Assembly: GCA_000934665.2 (NCBI GenBank)
Contig: JYFJ02001128.1
Span: 62,001 to 90,161 of the forward strand
Length of the DNA: 28,161 nucleotides
Direction of reading: 5' to 3'
Origin: Catajapyx aquilonaris
Lineage: Eukaryota
Shown: positions 1-14,583 of the stretch, in pieces
Position numbering within the stretch: position 1 is the first letter of the stretch
Layout of the letters: the number at the start of each line of letters is the position of its first letter
The notes under the pieces: generated by a model
Seen by the model: only the letters and a program-made list of their open reading frames with translations
What the model was told of the DNA's origin: nothing
Databases searched by the model: none
Program-made: the position numbers and the translations under genes

Positions 1-778
1 TCTCCATGGCTATTTTCTTCAAACAGACGCAAAGCTTCAATGCTGAATATTGATCCTCAATCTCCTCATGGCCGATCTCCATCTTGACACTGACAGAGTG
101 AAGGCCAAAATGAATCTAGGTCTACTTCTGGTTAACCAATGCCTGGGAATTTACTTAACCTGATGTGACCTCTCTTAACTTATAAGTAAGGAAAAATCAT
201 GAATCAGTATGCCATAAAAGGTGATGAGTTAGTTCACAACAAAAGAGAATCCAGAAGGCCTATCTGATGACATAGTCGTTTTGCTTACTAATTTCCAACA
301 GAAATCTGCCCAACGCACCTCTGGAACCTTCCACTTTTCAAAATTCCATGGTGATGACCTCACACAGCATAAGGAGTAAGCAGTGTACTTTTGGGAGGTT
401 CCAGGGGTGTGTTCGGCATATTTTTATGGAGTGTAGGTTGGTTAGTGAAACGACTACGTTATTGGGTAGAAAGACCAAGTCCTTATACCAGGATGACATT
501 GGACACCCAAAACAGGATTATAAAGTGGGTGCAGAATAAAATAGTGACAAAACAGGTTAATTTCTCAGGTAACGATTTAGGCAGAAAGAAAACTGTTCAT
601 CAGAAAAAGATCTTAAATTGTTTTTGCAGTATCAAAAAAATTTGATGCAGCCAGCAGGACTGGTTCCCTCGTCAGCACTCCAGAATCAATGATAAGACCT
701 GCTCTAAATGATTTAAGTGATGACCAAAACAGATTAGCTTTTAATTCTACCGTATGATGCCTGTGCCTTCAGTTGCTA

Positions 779-3330
<2,552 letters not shown>

Positions 3331-3593
3331 CCCTTCAGAAGATTTCGTTCCAGACTTTTTATTATTCCCGATGCTTCTCCTCAAAGAAGCAGAAGGTCGA
3401 CACGGTTGGAAATAACGGAAACCGGTTTTATGTACAAACTGTAAAAAAACAGTTCAATATTTTATTACTGCATAAAAAGTGTAGTAATTGTTAAATAATT
3501 AATGGTTTACGTTTTATAGTGAGTTATGTAATCTGGGGGGTTGTGGGGAAGGGGAGGGGAGGGGGATTTTGTTTTTTTTTTTCTTTTTTAAAG
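3331..3593. promoter_or_regulatory. Putative bidirectional promoter and 5' UTRs shared by DLD and MSH5
   Basis: Divergent start codons (3330 on -, 3594 on +) are only 263 bp apart. AT-rich core at ~3440-3520. YY1-like AAGATGGCG overlaps the MSH5 ATG. Confidence 0.65.
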
Positions 3594-6500
3594 ATGGCGT
3601 CCGATTCGAATGCAGGTTATGTCTCCCGTTCCGATTTGGGAAGATCTGTGATGAGCAGCGGCGGAGGACACTCGGCATACAGTCTGGCCATGAGGAACAT
3701 GAAGAGGAAGGAGATGGATGGGTCGTCAACCGGACGGTACACCAGCACTCATGGGTATTATCAACATTATTAGAATTATAGAGCTTGTCATGTATGTGAA
3801 TAAGAACAGTTTGAAATTGGTGCGCTGTTCAAAATTAATAAGACTACAATGGTACAAGAATATTAGGAATAAATAGCACCATGTTGTGGCTTATGGTTTG
3901 TTAAACTTGGTTTTTAAAACCCCTTCACTAAGTCCCCTTCACTAAGTTTTGCCTTAGTGCACCGCTTTAACAGGATCGCACTAAGTCCGCACTAGGCCTA
4001 AAGCGCGACTCTGAATGCGATTTTTCTTAATGAACTGGGTCACGTGGTTTAAAGCACTGCACTAACTTCTTGTTGTTGACTCTGAATACGGCCCAATAAG
4101 TTACCTCTTAGTAACAATATGTTCCATACCCATCAGCTTATTCCATTTTTTTTTTGGTTCCCAGTTACAGCACGAAGCTTCCGACTGACACAACCAACAG
4201 CTTGCACGTTAATGATGAAGTGTCATCATCAGGTTTTAATATGATTGAACCTGAATGCGTTCTTGAATGTCAGAGTGAGTCTGATCCTGATGAGCCAGGG
4301 AGAGTTATTTTGTCCATGTTCCGTGGAGGTGGTAAATTTGGGGCTGCTTCTTATGATCCGGATTCGGCTGAGGTACTGCTTACTATTTTCACAGCTACGT
4401 CAAAAGTGGATTTGGTGCTGAACATTGTTAATGGTTTTCAGGTGCAGTTGTTGGCAGACACTGAGGATATTCCACCAGACTATCCATTAGCCAGAAAACT
4501 TATTAACCAAACCCAACCAAGGTAAAGCGAAATTTTTACAACTTAAGATACACTTTGAAAATGATGGACAAATAATGAAATTATGGGATTTTTTTCATTT
4601 TCCATAGAGCAGCAATGATCCCATATGGAGGGAGAAAAAATAATGTGGCTCAATTTTGGTTCCTCCATAAGTAAATTACTACTGCAATATATATTTTGAA
4701 TTTTTACCCCTTTTAGTTGCCATTACGGTCCAACTAGTGAGCTGCAGACCATACTTTTAGAACTGCTGCTGAGAAAAATCAATTTTAATGTGAACTGTAA
4801 TATTTCAGCCATGTGATAGTGAGTGCCCGCCAAGGAAATGACTTCATCGAGATGCTTAATACGATCTGCAGTCTTGACACAAACAGCAATGATGGTGATT
4901 CTGAAATGGAGAACAACGACGCTGAACTGGCTAAGCCACATCTGCATTTGCAACCCAGTTTGGAATTTGGTAACATTGCATTGTTTTCTAGAGGGCACAC
5001 TTTTATGGACAAAATTGACTCCTATATTTTAAGAAACATATATTTCATGTGTATGACACAATATTTTTTATTGTGTCTCTTATAATGAACATCTAACATA
5101 CATTACAGTCAGAAAAAATAGCTTTGAACACAGTTTAACTTTATTTCATATCCAGTTCTAAAGGATAATATTGTACCAAACAACAGCTTGTTCCACTCAC
5201 AAGTCAGTTCATTTGCATTTTTTTTTTTGTGGTGTAACACCCAATGGGGTAAAATAAATAAATAAAAATTTTATTTCTTGCAATTACAGCATATGAGTCC
5301 TGCAAGCGGCGTGTGCTGCTACTGAAGCTTCCTTGCGAACCTGTTAATGTGGTGTACACAGAAGAAAAGCATCTTTTCCTGATTGGTTCATATGTTGACT
5401 TCCAATCCACGGCCATGGTTAGAGCTCTTGGTGCCCTTCTGAAGTTTCTGGACAAGGAAGCAACTCGACTTGACCTTCTGCATCATGAGAAGCGTGTTGT
5501 GGTAGCTGAAATCACATCTCTTAACCTGTGGGTTGTGTTTTTATATTGTACAGGCCATAATTTGTTACTCAGAATGTGGGTTGTGCATATACTGTATGTT
5601 TCGTAATTTAGCTTACATTCCTATCAGCAGAAATGTTTTGTGCATCCCCACGAACTTACAATGATGACTGAGAATTGGTATCTGAAAGTAGAGAAATTAA
5701 TTTCACAATGTAGAATATAGAGTACATAATGTTATTAGCACGAAGCACTATTAATAGTAGCATCAACTTGTAATCCAATCAACTTTATTTTTGAAATTTT
5801 GATATCACTTTTTTTTTTTGCTGTTATGACTTTCATGTTGATAATATTATGCTTCCAATTCCATGTATCCAAAAAGGGCTGACATGCTGACTATGGACGA
5901 AGCAACATACAGTTCACTGCAAGTGTTCAGTCATGACTGGCACCCATCAGTTTACAAGAGAGGTGGCTTCTTCTCTCGCTCAAAGGAAGGCCTAAGTCTG
6001 TATGGGATCCTAAACCGATGTAAGTCACTAGCTGGAGCAAGGCTGATGAGGGCCATGATCATGCAGCCCACCAAAGACAGGACTGTGCTCAATGCCAGGC
6101 TAGATGCAGTGCAGTACCTCATGGCTCCTTCCAATGCAGAGGTGACAAAGATATGTGCGGACTGCCTCAAACACATGAGCAATGTGTCTGTAAGTTGATG
6201 GGATGATAAACAGTGTGTAGTACTAACCTGTAAAGTTGCAGACTGACAGTCACTGGTTGTGACATGTGCAACAAATATTTTATCAATGTTAGATCATTGT
6301 GATATTCACATTGATTTGTATGAACTATCCTTTATATTAGATCCTGATAGCAAAAATATCTAAATTGCAAGCAACAGCTAAAGATTGGAGGAGGTTCAGG
6401 AAGACTATCTACAATGCAGTTATGATCAGTGAGCTATGTAAGGAGCAACCTCAGACCATTCCACTCTTCGAAAAGGTAATCTGCATGTTTAATCAATAAT

Positions 6501-8784
6501 GAGAAATCACTGCTTTACACATTTACTGGATTGCAGATTACCAAGTGCCAAACACCTGCGCTGATTCAGGTCCTCAAACAATTGGACAAAGTGATCAACT
6601 TCGAGGATTCAATCATAGCTAACAAGATTGTGGTCAAGCTTGGGATCGATCCAGAGCTGGACCGAAGTAAGTCCATAAATTGTTTTGTGCTTTTTTTCCC
6701 TTACTTTGGGTTGACATGAATAACATTCCACAGAAGAGTCATGATAGTGGCGGAGAGATGTTAAATTGTAAAGTGGGAAGCTCTACCTCATGAGGGTGTC
6801 ATAGAGTCAGTGAGGTTATGTTAAATCAAGTCATTAAATCACTTTCAAATATTTTTATAGAGAAGCAGCAGCACAACAACCTTCCAAACATGTTGTCGTT
6901 CCTAATTGCGGAGGAAATCAAGAAGCATCCTTACATTCAGAATGACAATCGAGAGCCCTCCATGTTATTTGTTCCGGACTTGGGATACCTGTTGGCTGTA
7001 AGGATCCTTGAAGGAAGACCCACTGAAAATGACAAGGAAATTCTTGGGCTGGACTTTGTGGTAAGTGACACATTGTGAGTAGCCTGTAGCCATACTGGAT
7101 ATTTGTTTCGTTTTATTCTACAGTTTGAGAATGCTGGCACACTGTACTTCAAGAATGACACCTGCAGAGGTAGGTTTACTCCATAATACGATTGTGATGT
7201 AATGACAAAATTATTGGAAATTCTTCAGCATTGGACAGCAGCATCGGTGACTGTTACTACCAAATCCTGGAGCATGAAAACCGCATCATATTAAAGCTGG
7301 CCTGTGACATTGAGGCAAACTCAGCCATATGCATCACTCTAGTGAAGCACTTGGCCGAACTTGATTGGTGAGTCTCTCTGATGTGTAACATTGATGGATT
7401 GTATGTTGTTGTTTTTTAACACATATACTTACTCCTACAGCCTAGTTTCCATGGCCATGGTGGCCAGAGAAAACAACTTCATCCGTCCAAGTCTGACAGA
7501 GGACGGTTCCATCTGCATCAAGGGAGGACGTCATCCCCTGCAGGAGCTGTGTGTTGATACCTTTGTCCCAAATGACACCTTAAGCGGAGGAGACCACGGG
7601 AAAGTGAAGATCCTCACAGGTCCCAATGCATGTGGAAAGAGCGTGTACCTGAAGCAGGTGGCACTCATAGTCTTCATGGCTCACATAGGAAGTTACGTAC
7701 CTGCCAAGGTTGCCTCAATCACACAAACCGACTGCATCCACGCATGCATCCAGAGCACAGAAAGCATATCTGGAGGCGTGTCGGCCTTCATGGCAGATGT
7801 GACACAAGTTTCCCTCCAGGTTAGGCTTTTTCTTGGTAACCTATTTGATATCCCATCGAGGCGTAGCTCTTGGAAATTGGTCTGTACAGACTCGTAAGAT
7901 GTAACAATATAGAGTGAGGAAAGCCAAACAATGATTTGACGTCATCGCTTCTTCCATTATTGTATTTTATTGCTACTGTTGACTCATATTGTTTTGTGAT
8001 GGTATTTCCATGGACACATCGATGACGTCAGATCGCCATTTCGTTTTCCGCACTGTAACATGATGGCATTTTTTTTAAATACTATGAATGAGAAATTAGC
8101 TGCTTTGTAATGATGCCCTAAGCCTGATATGTTACCATTTATTGCAGCTCCGGTGCTCGACTAAAAACAGCCTTCTGATACTGGATGAGTTTGGCGTTGG
8201 GACGTCAGATTTAGATGGGCTGAGTTTGTTAGCTGCGACCTTGCAGGAGTTGGGTTCCAAGGGGGCAGATTCACCCCACATTTTTGCAACCACACATTTC
8301 CACAGGCTGCCCAGCCTGATGGGCAACAACGTGCCTGGGATCAAAATGCAGGTAAGTTCTTTCGACATGGTTAACGATTTTCCCAGATTGCTAAAGTCTG
8401 GTCTGGAGACGACGAATAAATTTATTAATTCATCATATCCAGACGATGGAAGCAATGTTCACCGGCCAAGAAGTAGTGTTCCTGTACAAGCTGGTGGAAG
8501 GCACCGTGAAATCCAGCCTGGCATTCCGAGTGGCGGCTGGAGTCGGTGTGGACAAGCAGTTCCTACGCAGAAGCAACGAAGTGTTCCAATGCCTCGGGAG
8601 CGGGAAGATGATATCCCGGAGCAACAACTCCGGGTTCGACAGCCGACTGCAGGACTGCAAGGAGCTGGTACGCCAGTTCATGGAGCTAGAAAACCCGGAC
8701 GACTACGAGCGGTTCTTCAATGAGAAAGTGAAGCCCCTGATCGGAATGGGAGGCGAAGAGTCGACTGTTGCTAGTTCAACATGA
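3594..8784 (+). CDS. MSH5: MutS protein homolog 5 (meiotic MutS-gamma subunit), 14 exons, ~905 aa
   Basis: Exons 3594-3736, 4165-4372, 4442-4521, 4809-4969, 5290-5527, 5877-6189, 6341-6475, 6537-6666, 6861-7060, 7124-7169, 7229-7367, 7441-7819, 8148-8351, 8443-8784. All introns are GT-AG with matching phases (2718 nt). MSH5-type motifs: MVRALGALLKFL, TYSSLQVF...HPSVYK, KEGLSLYGILNRC, GRHPLQEL, FVPND, Walker A GPNACGKSVYLKQV, Walker B LILDEFG, ATTHFH. Exon 1 is the least certain. Confidence 0.93.
3920..4094. mobile_element. Possible truncated non-autonomous DNA transposon remnant in MSH5 intron 1
   Basis: Perfect 14-bp tandem duplication CCCCTTCACTAAGT x2 (3920-3947). Recurrent CACTAAG/CTTAGTG motifs. 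GACTCTGAAT occurs twice. Ends in CTCTGAATACGGCCC, which resembles a PIF/Harbinger-type terminus. No matching left terminus found. Confidence 0.35.
7912..8055. mobile_element. 144-bp MITE, Tc1/mariner-like, in MSH5 intron 12
   Basis: 36-bp terminal inverted repeats, 27/36 identical (GAGTGAGGAAAGCC...TGACGTCATCG vs reverse complement CAGTGCGGAAAACG...TGACGTCATCG). Flanked by TA on both sides (7910-7911, 8056-8057). Confidence 0.7.
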
Positions 8785-8842
8785 AGAATGGACAGTGAGT
8801 CGTTCCATTTTTTTTTTTAGTGAGTCCTTGACGCAATTGAAC

Positions 8843-8905
8843 TTCCCGCGCACATTCCGCCATGTTTGATATAGTCGGACTGTATGACGTCATTGTGTAC
8901 GTCAC
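8843..8905. promoter_or_regulatory. Probable Ras proximal promoter motif cluster
   Basis: E2F-like TTCCCGCGC (8843-8851), YY1-like CCGCCATGTT (8857-8866), palindromic CRE ATGACGTCAT (8884-8893) and a CRE half-site (8898-8905). A C-rich tract follows, leading to the Ras ATG. Confidence 0.5.
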
Positions 8906-9371
8906 TTTCTCCCCCCCTCCCCCGTACCCCACCCCATTTTTTTTTGTCCACCCCCTCCACACAGTGTCCCTACCCCTCCCCTCTCGAGAGAGTGCTCTCT
9001 GCCTTTTCCCGTCCCCGGCCCCGCACCGGTGCATACCCCAACGTCCGCCCCTGCCTGCCATAGCCACACACATCCCATCCCTCTCGAGTCGTCGTACCCT
9101 TCCCTCCAAGTGTTGTGTAGACCGGACTATCAGATGAACCCGAGGAGACTGCTGCTCTGACGAATCCCCCCTCCAAACAACAAGAGAAAAGGAACCCCAC
9201 CAAACAAAAAAAGGAGGGGGTGGTGTGTGTACAGGTGCCTGCCACTGCTGGAGTCTCTTTTTTCACCCCCACTTTCTGGCTGTGGGGCTGGAGTGGAGCT
9301 GCTGACCACCCAAGAGGACACCAGGGAGGGGGGTGGGGGGGGGACTCAGGAAGAGCACCCCCAAGCCAGCG

Positions 9372-12492
<3,121 letters not shown>

Positions 12493-13389
12493 TTCCAAAA
12501 CAAGTGTCGGGAACGGAGGAGGTGTAAGTTGAGGGGAGCGACACATGTTTGGTGACAAGTGTCTTTTTGAGAAATGGTGCAGTGACTTGTGTGATGAGGA
12601 TTGAAACAGGACTTGTCTCGAAGCACTAAGAAACTCTTTGAAAAAGAATTACGGACCACAGGAAGTGAGACTAAAAAAAAAAAGGACCATGCTTAAAAAA
12701 AAAACGAGAGAAAAAAAAAAACTTTAAAAAATGTAAGTGTGAACTTAGCTTAACATTTCCTATTGTTCATATTATTTTCTGGGACTGATGTTTCCTACAA
12801 CATAATTACTAAGCAGGGTAGATGTGCTAATTGGGAACATAAAATAGGCATTTGTTTTTTTTTTCCTCCCTATTTTCTTGCTTTTTTAAAAAAACATTTT
12901 AATTCGAAAATTTTAAAAAGTGATATTTAAATAAGTATAGCCATGCTCAAATTGTGTGGCAAGTTTCGAGATGTCAGGGGTGCCAATCTAGACTTATTTA
13001 AGTCTCGGGGTGTCCATTAAAAAAAAAAAAATCCCACTATATTCCTGTAAATGGCATCACTGTTCTTCACCATAATGTTGATAAGTCTTTTTTGTAATAC
13101 CTGCTCCTTTTTAAAAAATGTTGATTTATATTGGTGTAATTGAGGCTGCTCATTTGCCTCTTCATTAACTCACCTGGTTGTTTATATCCATTTAAATGAG
13201 AGGATCCATCATTTTTCCATTTTTTAAAAAGAATACCTGACAGTTGCAGTTTTTTTTTCTCCCAGTTACTTTGGGTTGAGCGATAAGTTTTTTTTTTTTA
13301 CTTGACTCACGTTGCCAAAAGAATCAAAGGAACCAAACCATTTCTAGTCCTAACTCTTAGAAGGGGGACCAGGTGACCTTTTTTTTTAC

Positions 13390-13577
13390 AATAAAAAAAA
13401 CCCTGTTTCATTTTAAAAGACTCAGATCCAAGTTATTTTGAACGAGATTACATGTTCTAAGTTTTTTGGGGGTGGGATGGGATTTGTTTGTATTTTTTTA
13501 ATTTTGGGATGGGGCGTTGAAAAGAGGGGTGGCTGTCACATGCACAAATTTGATGTGACTAGGTAGCATGTAATAAA
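13390..13577 (+). terminator. Candidate poly(A) signals of Ras
   Basis: AATAAA at 13390-13395 and 13572-13577. ATTAAA variants at 13016 and 14337. Which site is used cannot be told from sequence. Confidence 0.4.
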
Positions 13578-13882
13578 TACTTGTTAATTTAAGAAACAGA
13601 TTGATAAACAATTCTGTTCCCCCTTGACCTCAATGGTAAATCGATGTTTAGTGGTTTTATCGCTCAACCAAAAAAAACAACAACTTGTGTCCATTTTGGT
13701 CATTTGTTTTTGAGAAATAATGTATGACACTGAGATTCTTTCACTTCCATTTGGATTGCGCATCTCCCTCTATTTTTTTTTTTTTTTTTCTGGACATGGC
13801 TGTGTTGCTTTTTCTTATGGATGAAGTGCTCAATGCTTGCGGTGGCGAATAATATATTACTCACACAAAACAAATTGAGAGC

Positions 13883-13902
13883 GAGAGAGAGAGAGAGAGA
13901 GA
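13883..13902 (+). repeat. (GA)10 microsatellite
   Basis: Ten consecutive GA units. Confidence 0.9.
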
Positions 13903-14392
13903 TAAAAAGTTTGCCTTACACTTTGCCTGTTTTGTGTGGAGTGAGTGTTGGAGGGGGGAAAAATGGAGGGAGTGAAAATCCAAACTGTTTCAAATTCAAA
14001 TGTGGCTTTAAAAAATGTTTTTTTCTGCGCCTGGATATGTAAGCCGTATAGCTGCTTCTTTCCCCCCCATGCTGTTTATTCAACGTAATTGCCATGTTGG
14101 AATAACATGGCTTTTATATGCTAATCAACTGTGACTTTGAAAAGGGGCTATATTTGTCCCCCCTCTTTAATTCTTGTGCATATATTTTATTACTCTTTGT
14201 TTTTTAGTTGCTGGTAAATGTCTTTGCAAATTTTAACCATTGGACATAATTTTAGCACTCCTTCCTTTCCCCCCCTCCTTTTCACACCAGATGATCAAAC
14301 TGCATAAATCTGTAAACTTTTCCCTTTGGAAACCACATTAAAAAGAAAAAGAAGATGGGTTTCTACTCGATTTAACTTGTTGGAAAGTGCTT

Positions 14393-14398
14393 TTTATT
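14393..14398 (-). terminator. Candidate poly(A) signal of PRKCSH
   Basis: TTTATT on + (AATAAA on -), ~185 nt past the stop codon. Confidence 0.5.
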
Positions 14399-14583
14399 AC
14401 TTCCGAACAATAACTTGGGTAAGAATGGTTCGTATCAAATGTGTTTTTCTTCACTTTTGGGCAACACTTGGAATGGTCAACTTAATTGGGTCCCACACAC
14501 ACACAAAAAGGAACAACAAAACAACATGGAACATAACCTCCCATTTCTGTCCTACCCATCTCCCAAAATAATATCGCACCTCA

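Noticed and set aside
222..725. Several TGATGA (box C-like) motifs on + suggesting C/D snoRNAs
   Set aside because: They are antisense to the DLD host intron and lack properly spaced CTGA boxes with terminal stems.
4607..4692. Inverted repeat TATGGAGG / CCTCCATA in MSH5 intron 3
   Set aside because: Only an 8-bp perfect core with poorly matching flanks and no TSD. Could be a very old MITE but is not supportable.
5661..5687. ATGATGA...CTGA in MSH5 intron 5 as a C/D snoRNA
   Set aside because: The boxes span only ~27 nt, and there is no later D box at a suitable distance.
8142..8723. 193-aa ORF extending MSH5 exon 13 in another frame
   Set aside because: It reads through a 91-nt GT-AG intron into a shifted frame of exon 14. 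The MutS-like C-terminus (FLYKLVEG) is in the spliced frame.
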